Shown here piece after piece: positions 36,020-45,875 of a stretch of DNA of 64,000 nucleotides (its first letter is position 1; each line of letters starts with the position of its first letter). The position numbers and the translations under genes are program-made. The stretch is from positions 1 through 64,000 of the forward strand of contig CAWHXP010000013.1 of assembly GCA_963833425.1 (NCBI GenBank), written 5' to 3'. Below the pieces are notes generated by a model. It ran no database searches. It was not told the origin of the DNA and was given only the letters and a program-made list of their open reading frames with translations. The stretch comes from an uncultured Methanosarcinaceae archaeon (GTDB lineage: Archaea; Halobacteriota; Methanosarcinia; Methanosarcinales; Methanosarcinaceae).

Positions 36020-36235
36020 TACCTGCTCTTTCTCTCTCAAGCTTTTTACCCATTATTGAGTTTCTTTATTAATTATGTTACTTGTGCATCAACATCGAAT
36101 GTCTCAGTTTCAACAGTCTTCCTCTTTGAATTTATCTCCCATATATATCCTCTTTTATCTTTGTATATCACGTCATTTGTAATCATATTCCATAAATTGT
36201 GGCAATTTTCCTTGCCAAAGAATAAATGATTTCGC
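36020..36235 (-). mobile_element. IS110-family transposase C-terminal relic
   Basis: SLARKIATI, WNMITND..Y, KRKTVETE. Homologous to 55405-55635. Confidence 0.55.
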
Positions 36236-36249
36236 ATGTCAAATTGATT

Positions 36250-37191
36250 TATTCTTTCAATAAAAAAAACTCTCTTAATCTGCGATTTCTTTTCTTATCG
36301 CTCTGAGCCATCTGCATTAAAATCCATCTTGATATGGTTAGTTCTCTTTTTGAGCTGATCATCCTGTCCCTTAGGATAGCAGTTATCACCAGTGGTGTTC
36401 TTTTATTGCTCTTTTCATTATTGCATCATAACCTTTTGATCTTGCTCAAAAGTATCCTCTATCAATGTAAACCACTTCTTTTTTTCAGATAAATCTACCT
36501 GATCATAAAATTATGCAGCTGTTGTCTTGAATCTTCTTATCAGCTAAGAATTCCGGTATATTATGTAATGTATTTTAGATCCAAAGTAAGATTTTTACCT
36601 TTTCCATTTATGTTCAATCTCTGATCATCCTTTTTTGCTCCAGCTTTTTGATATTTATCTGCTTTTTACGTGAACAAGATCTGAGGATAAAAGTAGCGTC
36701 TTGAATTGTCCTTTTTTATTTCAACCCAAGGCTATTAAAGTGGCTTTTCAACTATTCATTGATTTATTCTTCTTTGAAGTTATCAATAATTCTTTTCCTG
36801 AATGATCAGAATGTGATATTTTCTTGTATGTACAAAGGAAAAATCAACAAATTTTCTGAAAGAAATCTGATAAATTCATTGCTTCACAAGTTCAAAGTCG
36901 GGAAAAAAAAATCATAAATTATTTTAAAACAACTATTTTAAAAATAATAATGACTTCATCTCCAGATCTGCCTCATAAAACTTTTTGTTAAAATGAATGG
37001 ACTCAAAAATGATACGAAAAAACTTCCGATCAATTCAGGAATCAATTGCAGCAAGTTCGTTATCAACTGACAGAAAAAATATGTATTTAGCTTTAAGAGA
37101 AAAATCAGTAAGATTTTTCACGAATAAAAATTATTGTAAATATATTTAAAGTTTCCAATACTCAAAAGCAGAGAAGCTTATAATAATTCTC
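36250..37191 (-). mobile_element. Heavily decayed IS5-family element
   Basis: Collinear with the other IS5 copies (QDATF, RRFKTTAA, VDLSEK, KGYDA). Eroded TIR at 37191. Confidence 0.75.
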
Positions 37192-37404
37192 AGTAACTTC
37201 CCACCTGCTTAATATCAGTTTGATTATGTCCATTTTGACTTATGTTCTAATTAATTGATATGTTAATAAAAAACATGATCAATGACTTACAATTAGAAAG
37301 GCAAAAAAGCTGCACAGTGATTCCTGATAAAAACATCCATTGATGTTGTTTTACCCAGGATAAATATTTGCAAAAAAAATTAGAGCTTCCAAAAATCTTA
37401 AACA

Positions 37405-37479
37405 TAGCGGGGGATGGATTCGAACCATCGGTCTACGGGTTATGAGCCCGTCGGGATCTCCTGGCTACCCTACCCCGCT
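37405..37479 (-). tRNA. Initiator tRNA-Met (CAT)
   Basis: Cloverleaf with acceptor AGCGGGG/CCCCGCT (A1-U72), anticodon arm ACGGG-CTCATAA-CCCGT with three consecutive G-C pairs, T-loop GTTCGAATC. No encoded CCA. Confidence 0.97.
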
Positions 37480-37535
37480 ACAGGGTTATTAGTCGTGTCA
37501 TTTTATTGGTGCAGATATCTCAAAATACAGCTATA

Positions 37536-37551
37536 GATTAAATAGTTTTCG
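37536..37551 (-). promoter_or_regulatory. Probable BRE/TATA promoter of the tRNA
   Basis: cgaaaac-tatttaat on the minus strand, about 57 bp upstream of the mature 5' end. Confidence 0.45.
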
Positions 37552-38754
37552 CTTGACGTTCCAGTTTCTAGGAAGAATCTCAAATTAGCTCTTTAAATCC
37601 AGAATCTAATTTGACAATTGTTTTAAAATATCCCCGAATGAATTTTTACTTTGAACCTTTTTTAATCCCTTAAACACCACTAATTGATATGCAATAACGT
37701 CCCAGCATATTGGATATCTGCTTCACTGTCTTATTCTACTTATTTCAGATTTTACTTTATTCATAATATGGTTTGTCCCTTTTTGCATTCCAGTCTTTTT
37801 CCGGAGAGTTCTTTAAATGAATCATCTATAATATTTTGGTTTTTCATGGACATTCAACCTCTATCATTTTTCCATTCTAGCACAGGAAACTGAGTTATCT
37901 TTGATTCTTGAATTGATATATCTTCCTTTTTCTAAATTTTATTGGCCAAGTGTTCTATTCTTTCAATTTTTTCGTCCTAGTGTTACAGTATTTGATGCAC
38001 AAGAGATGATTGATTTTGCTTTTAGGTGGCACCATATTTAGCATGATTAAGGAACTAATCATAACTCGGTCAGTAGAATGTATTATATATCAGCATTATT
38101 TTTTGCAAAGCTTCGATATGTTTGATAGTTTGCGAGAATCAGAGGCGAGACAATAAGTAGAAGTCATGAAAATGGATAGTTTCCAACATCGTGATATACG
38201 TTTTATCCATTTATTCATAATGAGTATTATATCAGAATGCGTATAATATCTTGAAGCTCCGAGTGGAATTGTGTCGACCTTAGCTTCCTTTTATGGTTAG
38301 AGTTTTAGGATTTTTTCCACCAAATAATATAATTATCTTATTGATTCCTCCCTCTCCAGCCTGCAATTCATAAAATGACGAAGGATTTCGCCCGAATGAA
38401 GTTTTATTTCGCTATTTTCATAAAAATAGATATAAAATAGCTTATTCCTTTGTCAAGGAAAAAAAATGGTTTGATCATACTAAAGTTTTCGAAACATTTC
38501 AAAACAAAGGGTGTTATATGCCTTGCAGCTTGTAGCAGAATGAAAACTTTTCCGACAACAATTATTAATTGACTTATGAACCATTAAACTTTCAAAAAAA
38601 TATGTCGATAGAGCTCTATTTTTTATTAATTTATGGGTTTTTGATTTCTTGCAGTCATTGTCAATATAATTGATTTTAAATTTTGGTGATCTCAAGTAAA
38701 ATTAAAAAATTCCTTAAATCATTAAAACATTTGTGGTAAAAATTTTTGGATGTA

Positions 38755-40221
38755 TTATTCTCCTGCGTTTTCTACTCCTACTACACCCAAGAATCTCTTG
38801 ACCACTGATTCATTAACCAACCTCAATAGTGTCTGTCTATCTTTTGTAGAGCTGAAAACTCCAAGAGGAATCTGGGCTCCAGCTGCATTTGCATGCCCAC
38901 CTGCATCTTCGCCAAAAGCCTGGCGCATAATTTCGCCAAGGTTAACTCTAATATCATTGCTGCGTCCCGAGATGTAAATGCGGTCTTCAGTGACTCCAAA
39001 AACGACTGTTGTGGAAATTCCTTCAAGGCTCAAGAGGTAATCCGCAGCTTGCGGTAGAGTGTCTCTGTCCCTAATGTTTCCGACGTTTGAGAGAAGGTAA
39101 CTTCCAAGTACCTGACGATTTCGGATGGCTTCTCCGAGTACTTCCAGAGTTTCAATAGCCATCGAAGGCTGCTCAAGCTGGTCAAGGATTCCATGATTTG
39201 AAAGTGGATAGAGGTATGAAGCAGCTGAGAGGTCTGCAGGATCTGTTTTCCGCTTGAAGTCTTGGGTGTCAGTCCGAATACCATATAGCAGAGCTGTTGA
39301 CAAGGTTTTTGATATATTAATATTAAGCTGCTGGAGGTATTTTGTCATAATAGTTGCAGTTGCCCCAAAATTTGGCCGAATATCTATGTACTCAGCCTTT
39401 ACCTCCGTTTCCCCGGGTGGGTGATGGTCAATTACGATGCCCACATATGAATTGGGTGGAACCATGTTGTTAACACCAGGAACAGAACAGTCTATAAGGG
39501 CAATTTCATCAAAATTTTGAAGATTATTATCTTCAATCTTGCCAAGGTCGATACCTAAAAGGTTTACAAAGGCTTTGTTTTCCTGGTGTCCGATCCTGCC
39601 ATGGTAGAGGATATTTGCTTCTACACCAAGACTTTTTGCAATTTCCTTCAGTGCAAGTCCGCTTGAGATCGCATCAGGATCAGGATTATCATGAATTACA
39701 ATAGCAAGTTTTTTATCCCTTATTCCCTTCAGCCACCTTGCAAGCCTGTTGCCCCTGTGTACTGATTCAGCCCTTTCAAGGGAACGAGAAAGGGAGCTTG
39801 CAATAAGTTTGGATGGCATAAAGACATAATCTGCTCCGAGGTTTTCCATCTTTTCCTTATTAATTATATCTGAAGCCCGGGAAAATAGCTGGACATCAGG
39901 GTTGACCACAGTTTTAAAATTTTCAAGTCCCTTCCGATTTGCTTCGTTATTGGAAGTCAGGAAAAGTATAACTACAACATTTTTAAGATCAATCTTATTA
40001 ACGAGCTCAGGATCTGAGATGTCACCTGCGATTGTTTCGAAGCCTTCCTCTCTAAGAGTTTCCACCTTGGCTTCATCTTTATCTGCAATGATCACCAACT
40101 TGTTGCTTTCCCTTAGCTCTTTTGCAAGTGCAAAACCAACACTTCCACTACCTAGGACCAAGTATCTGGGTTTGATTGAATTTTTAAGGTTGCTATCAAC
40201 ATCTTTTGAAAAATTAGACAA
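38755..40221 (-). CDS. TrkA-N (RCK) domain fused to a DHH/DHHA1 phosphoesterase
   Basis: VLGSGSVG Rossmann motif, HDNPDPDA, LID, IDHH, AGGHANAAGA. GGAGG SD before TTG. Confidence 0.9.
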   Translation of the reverse strand: MSNFSKDVDSNLKNSIKPRYLVLGSGSVGFALAKELRESNKLVIIADKDEAKVETLREEGFETIAGDISDPELVNKIDLKNVVVILFLTSNNEANRKGLENFKTVVNPDVQLFSRASDIINKEKMENLGADYVFMPSKLIASSLSRSLERAESVHRGNRLARWLKGIRDKKLAIVIHDNPDPDAISSGLALKEIAKSLGVEANILYHGRIGHQENKAFVNLLGIDLGKIEDNNLQNFDEIALIDCSVPGVNNMVPPNSYVGIVIDHHPPGETEVKAEYIDIRPNFGATATIMTKYLQQLNINISKTLSTALLYGIRTDTQDFKRKTDPADLSAASYLYPLSNHGILDQLEQPSMAIETLEVLGEAIRNRQVLGSYLLSNVGNIRDRDTLPQAADYLLSLEGISTTVVFGVTEDRIYISGRSNDIRVNLGEIMRQAFGEDAGGHANAAGAQIPLGVFSSTKDRQTLLRLVNESVVKRFLGVVGVENAGE

Positions 40222-40538
40222 AAATAATCCTCCTTGTCTTATGTAAATCCGATACCTGCAGAGGAAGGCGAATACCGATTAAAATCCTGCATGATTTGCA
40301 GTTTTACTAAAGTCAGTGACTTTTAATTGATTGCCATATTGGCTCTTTTATTTCAATTTTATTGCTTATATTCTTTATTAATATAGTTACTTCTTATCAC
40401 TTTTCCTGCTCATATCAAACTTAGTGAAGTACACAGAACAAATTTTAATGAAAATTGCTTAGCTTTATTTGGGGGATTAACTTAGGCTCTTGTGATTGAC
40501 ATGGATTTCCGCATAATTTAGTCTGGCAGGTATGTATA

Positions 40539-40628
40539 GAGGATTTCGATAAACCCTTAAATTTCATCATATGCTTATAAAATTATATGTTGGTAATTCA
40601 TAGAAATAAGAGGTTAATTGAAATCCCC
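40539..40628. mobile_element. MITE (~90-bp family)
   Basis: TA-gaggatttcgataaacc ... ggttaattgaaatcccc-TA. Confidence 0.8.
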
Positions 40629-40846
40629 TATATAATAGCGAAATGCAACGTATATAGTAATAATATCAAATAATAAATATCAAATAATATTTCCTTGATT
40701 AAAATATAATGAATAATTTGCTTCAATTATCGTTGAGATATTTAATGATTTCTATAATAGTTCCTGATATTAGTTAATTCAGATTTAAAGAGACTATTTG
40801 CTGAATGTTAAAAGTAGAATAACAAAAAAATATATGAGTAATTATT

Positions 40847-42354
40847 ATGAAGTGTATCAGTTCTTCGCAGATGAGGGCAATTGATAAAAATTGCGAATAC
40901 CTTGGCCTATTGCCTATCCAGTTAATGGAGAATGCTGGGGCTATCGTCGCGCAAAATATAAGAGAAAAGATGGAATGTGGGAAAGTACTTTTTGTCGCAG
41001 GCCTGGGAAATAATGGAGGTGATGCTTTTGTTGCCGCCAGACATCTTGCAGGCTTATCAGGCTATACTATCAAATTAATTTTGCTGGGCAAGGCTCAAGA
41101 CATAAAAACCAGAGAATCCTGCCATAACTTTTCCCTGTTAAAGTTCAGCCGATTGCAAGTACTCGAAATCAAGGATTCAAGTCAGCTTATGTCTGCAGCC
41201 TCTGACTGGTTTTCGGAAGCCGATCTGCTAGTAGACTCCATATTCGGGACAGGAGTAAAAGGGAGTATGAAAGAACCAGAGTCAACAGCTGTTGACTTTA
41301 TAAACAAGGAAGAAAAAGCGGGGAAAATAGTAATCTCTGTTGATATCCCTTCAGGTGTGGATCCTGATGGCGGTGATTTTGAAAAAGCTGTGCATGCAAA
41401 GCTTACAGTCACCTTTCACAGAATGAAAAGAGGGCTCATAAGCGAGAAAGCAAAAGGATATATTGGTACTATAAAAATTGCAGATATAGGAATTTGTGCG
41501 GACGCCGAAAAATATGTGGGCCCTGGAGACCTAACGATGTTGCATAAACGAAAGTCTGAAGGGCACAAAGGAGATTCTGGAAAGATTCTTGTGATAGGAG
41601 GCGGTCCTTACTCAGGTGCTCCGGCTCTTGCATCTCTTGCAGCTTTGAGGGGGGGGCAGATATTGTAACCGTAGCGATTCCTGAGCCTATATCAAAAATA
41701 ATTGGATCCTATTCTCCTAACCTGATAGTCAGAAAATTATCTTCGGATTTGCTCTGCCCCGATGACCTTTCAATTCTCATTGATCTTATTAACTCACATG
41801 ACGTCGTCGTATTGGGCATGGGACTAGGGAGAGCCTCAGAAACCCTAGAAGCTGTCGGAAAAATACTGCCGTTCTGCAAGAGAGCCGTCTTAGATGCAGA
41901 TGCTCTTTCAGCTCTCTCCTGCTCTACTTTTGAGTCTCTTACAGGCAAATGTGAATTGATAGTTACCCCACATGCAAGAGAATTCAACAGTTTGAGTGAC
42001 ATGGAACTTTCTGAAAATCAGGAGGCTCGTATCAAAACTGTAAAGGAATTTTCGGAGAAAAGAGATATTGTAACACTCCTCAAAGGAAAAATAGACATTA
42101 TTTCTGATGGAAAACAGACCCTTCTGAACAGAACAGGAAATGCGGGCATGACGGTAGGAGGTACAGGGGATGTCTTGGCAGGACTAACAGGAGCCCTTTT
42201 TACCAGGAATTCAGCATTTCTTGCAGCAGCCTGTGCCGCGTATATCAATGGAGCAGCTGGAGATCTAGCTTTTGAGGAAGCAGGGAATGGCCTGCTTGCA
42301 ACGGACGTAATCGAAAAAATTACTGAAATAGTTAAAGGGAAATGTATAGGGTAA
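40847..42354 (+). pseudogene. nnr: Bifunctional NAD(P)HX epimerase/dehydratase, frameshifted at a G8 run (41649-41656)
   Basis: YjeF_N motifs (LMENAG, GNNGGD, DSIFGTG, VDIPSG), then HKGDSG...YSGAP. A ninth G restores ...RGGADIVTVA... and joins DADAL, TPH, GGTGDVLAG. Confidence 0.8.
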
Positions 42355-42472
42355 TGAAGGTACACTATAAATATTTCATATGGTAATGGAAGTATAAAAA
42401 TGCAAATCGAATTTAATATTACAAACTTATGAATACTGTGTGGAAATGTGACATAAAGTCGGAGATAACAAG

Positions 42473-42658
42473 ATGGTAATGGGAATTGGAAGGAAAATAA
42501 ATATAGAAATTGAAAGGAATCGGATACGAATCGCTATTTTTCACGGAGAAGACGAGGAAATTATAAAGCTAGACTTTGATGAAGCCAAAGAGCTTACAGA
42601 AGAACTAGGGAAGGTACTCGAGGACTATTCAAGAAGAAAGAAAATAAGGATTGACTAA
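42473..42658 (+). CDS. Small hypothetical protein
   Basis: GGAG SD, protein-like composition, same strand as nnr and prs. Confidence 0.7.
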   Translation: MVMGIGRKINIEIERNRIRIAIFHGEDEEIIKLDFDEAKELTEELGKVLEDYSRRKKIRID

Positions 42659-42908
42659 AGGGATAGAAACAAATTCAAATTACTTAACGAAAACCTAAGG
42701 CCATAGATTAAAAAATTGGATTTGATATATTTAAACTTCTCATTGAGGAATGTCTGGGAAGAAAGTAAGAGCTAGGATAGTAGTGGAGTGTATGAGATAA
42801 ATGAATGGGGATAAAGCGGAGGAAAAATTTTAGTAAATTAGTGAAGCCAATTAAAATAAGCTTTTTAAAGGATGGAATCTATCAAGACGGCAGACTGAGG
42901 TATATGTT

Positions 42909-43760
42909 TTGAAGATAGTAGGTGGACCAGCATCACAATTACTTGCCAGCCGCACTGCCAAAGCTTTAGGGACAGAGCCAGTGCTCTGCGAATTTAACCG
43001 TTTTCCTGACGGGGAACTTTACCTCCGGATCGCAGATGAGACAAAAGACGAGAATGTAACCATTATCCAGAGTACACCTAACGATTCAGATTTCGTATCC
43101 CTGCTCCAACTTATTAATGCCTGTAATGAGGCAAGAGAACTCAATGTTGTAATCCCTTACATGGGATACGCCAGACAAGATAAAAGATTCAAAACTGGAG
43201 AGCCAATCAGTGCCCGCGCAATTGCCTGCTGCGTCAATGCTGATCGTATCTTTACAATAAATATCCATGCAAAGAATGTTCTTAAATATTTCCCATGTCC
43301 TGCCAAAAACCTCGATGCTGCTAAACTGCTTGGAGAATATATTGCAGGTTTTGGTCTGGAAAATCCGATTTTGGTTGCTCCTGATTCTGGCGCCAAAGTG
43401 CTTGTTAAGAATGTTTCTTCAGATCAGGGTTTCGATTACGATCACCTGCATAAAACCAGACTTAGCGGAGACACTGTTATAATCAATACAAAGAATGTCG
43501 ACGTAACAGGCAGGCACGTAGTCCTTGTAGATGATATGATATCGACAGGTGGTACTATGGCTGAATCTATTAGGATTCTTAGAGATCAGGGAGCAGTTGA
43601 CGTGCATCTTGCTTGCGTGCATCCTGTTCTTGTAAGAAATGCGACATTAAGACTTTTTAATGCTGGCGTAAAAGATATAATTGCAACTGATACTCTCGAA
43701 AAAGCTGAGAGCATACTGAGCGTTGCCCCTTTAATTGCAGATGCTTTGAAGCATATCTGA
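42909..43760 (+). CDS. prs: Ribose-phosphate pyrophosphokinase
   Basis: FPDGE, PYMGYARQDK, VAPDSGA, LVDDMISTGGT. Confidence 0.95.
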   Translation: MKIVGGPASQLLASRTAKALGTEPVLCEFNRFPDGELYLRIADETKDENVTIIQSTPNDSDFVSLLQLINACNEARELNVVIPYMGYARQDKRFKTGEPISARAIACCVNADRIFTINIHAKNVLKYFPCPAKNLDAAKLLGEYIAGFGLENPILVAPDSGAKVLVKNVSSDQGFDYDHLHKTRLSGDTVIINTKNVDVTGRHVVLVDDMISTGGTMAESIRILRDQGAVDVHLACVHPVLVRNATLRLFNAGVKDIIATDTLEKAESILSVAPLIADALKHI

Positions 43761-43822
43761 GAATACTATTTTAATTTTTATTACCGTTAACTATTTTTCA
43801 TATTCTGCTATTCTTTAGTACT

Positions 43823-44140
43823 ATGACCCTCCCAGAAATTTGCCCACTTGGCGATAACCAAACGTGTAAAGGGCGAGAATGTCACCTTTTCTTCCTTGAG
43901 TGGAGATTGAGAGAACCCATATGCCTTATAGGCTACAGTACAACAAGTAAACTTAAGTCTGGAAAAGCTGACCGAAACAAAGACACTTACGCTGAAGACA
44001 CCTTCCGCAAGTTAAGTGGACAACCAATCTATAAAAAGAAAAATGTCTCTGAAAAGGGAGATTGGGTTCCCACTAGGCTTGCAGAAAATTTTTTGGAAAA
44101 ATCTGCTGAAAGGAAAAATATCTCTAAAAAAGAAGATTGA
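43823..44140 (+). CDS. Hypothetical protein with an N-terminal Cys cluster; possibly truncated
   Basis: CPLGDNQTCKGRECHLF...C. The stop falls inside a degenerate second copy of a C-terminal repeat. Confidence 0.6.
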   Translation: MTLPEICPLGDNQTCKGRECHLFFLEWRLREPICLIGYSTTSKLKSGKADRNKDTYAEDTFRKLSGQPIYKKKNVSEKGDWVPTRLAENFLEKSAERKNISKKED

Positions 44141-44788
44141 TTCCTACTTAGCTTGCAGAAGAATCCATGGAAAAACCTGCTGAAATGACAGAAGAAAATT
44201 TTACCCCTAAACATTCCCACAAAACAGTTGTCTTAACCCCTGGTCCAAAAAAAATGAGAAAACAATGATTTTAGGTCAAAAGAAGTGTATACTGCAATTG
44301 GAGTCGGGAAAGTTTCCCTAAAAATTGAAGCCATAATGACAAAAGAGCCTTATGAAGGAAACTCAATTATATGTACTAAAACTCAGCCAGAAGTCATGGA
44401 AAAGTTAAATTTGCCTAGAAAAGTAGTTTCAAGCAATAAAAACTACAATATTTATATCAATTGATACAGATGACAAAACGGATAATTCTCCTTAAGCAAT
44501 GAAGAAAATACAAAAAGAACTCTGAAAATAGGGAAAAAGACGAGAGCTTGATGAAGTCATGGCTATAGAATTTTCTGAAGTTCATGATAAATAATTCTGG
44601 AGTTAAAAGCCTCTGACAGAGCGGAAATTGCTAATTCAGAGATTTGTACTGGAGTTCATAAAAAAACTTTACTTGCCCTTGAATGTGATGTTGCTTTATT
44701 CAATAGTGGCATTTTTGAAGCTAATCTGCAAAATTTCTTGAAGAGACCGTTATTTGGAGTTTTCGGGTTTTAGGGCTTTGATATCATA

Positions 44789-44874
44789 GAGGATTTCGAT
44801 CAACCTCTTATTTCAACAAATCGCTTATATGGACTCTATAAGCAACAAACAGAAGGTTGCAGTTAATCGTCCTC
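44789..44874. mobile_element. MITE (one well-preserved end)
   Basis: TA-gaggatttcgatcaacctcttatttc; the other end is eroded. Confidence 0.5.
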
Positions 44875-45020
44875 TGTAATCTATGAGCATTAAAAGAAAT
44901 CATGTTAAAATCAATTATTCATCTGAAATAAATTTATGATATTGTATGCTTCTCTTCATATTGATTAATTTTCATTTTGCATGCTCCAGAAAAACACAAA
45001 AGGGAATATGTTGATTTAGA

Positions 45021-45809
45021 ATGGACCGCCAGAAATACAAGAACGTATATAGTTCACTGCACGATTTTAAAGACGTTTTCCATTTTTCGGAAAAATATGA
45101 AGAACCTGCAGGCATGCTCGCAACAATTCTGAATCAGAAAGTCGTGAAAATGACAAGGTTCAAACACAGAAAGATCTATGCCAGAGAACATGAACTTTTT
45201 TTGATATGGAAGCAGGGTCTTTCGATTCTTGAACTTGCTAAATTTAATGCTTTTCCTCCAACACTTATGGCGTCTTTAATAATGAAGAATTTTGACATCT
45301 CCAGGAAAAATATAAACTGGCTTTTTAAGAATATCGATTCCATCAAAAACCACCGCCTTAGAAAAGAGGTAGAAAGAGCTCTTGAAGCAGACTATTTTTT
45401 TTCCCCTCGCGCCCACGAGATGCAATGTAAAAAGGGGGAAATGGGAGAAACAGTCATCAGAAAATGGCTGGATGACAGGGGAATTCTCTATTTCACTGAA
45501 GCAGAAATTCGGGCTCAGGGAGATGGCAAGACCCCTGACTTTGTCCTGGCAAGCCCTATATGCATAGATAAGCTCATGGTCAGCTGGATTGAAAGCAAAG
45601 CTCTCTTCGGGGACGACTTCGAACACGAACGTTATGCAAAAAAGCAGTTTAGAGAGTACGTCAATATTTTCGGAAAAGGAATGGTTGTTTATTGGTATGG
45701 TTACCTCGAAGATCTTCCTGCAAATAGCTTCCTGGTAAAGAATCATAACTTTTTTGAAGAATTCAAGACGGAAGTAGATGAACTGTCCAACTACCTTGTG
45801 TACTGGTAA
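45021..45809 (+). CDS. C15orf41/CDIN1-like (TPD domain) PD-(D/E)XK nuclease
   Basis: N-terminal HTH-like region, GEMGE, GKTPDF, WIESKALFGD, KQF..Y...FGKGMVVYWYG. Confidence 0.8.
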   Translation: MDRQKYKNVYSSLHDFKDVFHFSEKYEEPAGMLATILNQKVVKMTRFKHRKIYAREHELFLIWKQGLSILELAKFNAFPPTLMASLIMKNFDISRKNINWLFKNIDSIKNHRLRKEVERALEADYFFSPRAHEMQCKKGEMGETVIRKWLDDRGILYFTEAEIRAQGDGKTPDFVLASPICIDKLMVSWIESKALFGDDFEHERYAKKQFREYVNIFGKGMVVYWYGYLEDLPANSFLVKNHNFFEEFKTEVDELSNYLVYW

Positions 45810-45875
45810 ACCAGCTTAAGGCCATAAAGCTATTTTAGAGAGATTTATTCGGAATTTTTTTGCAAGTTGTATTTT

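Noticed and set aside
44265..44780. Coding-like purine-rich stretch
   Set aside because: Stops in all frames and no recognisable family.
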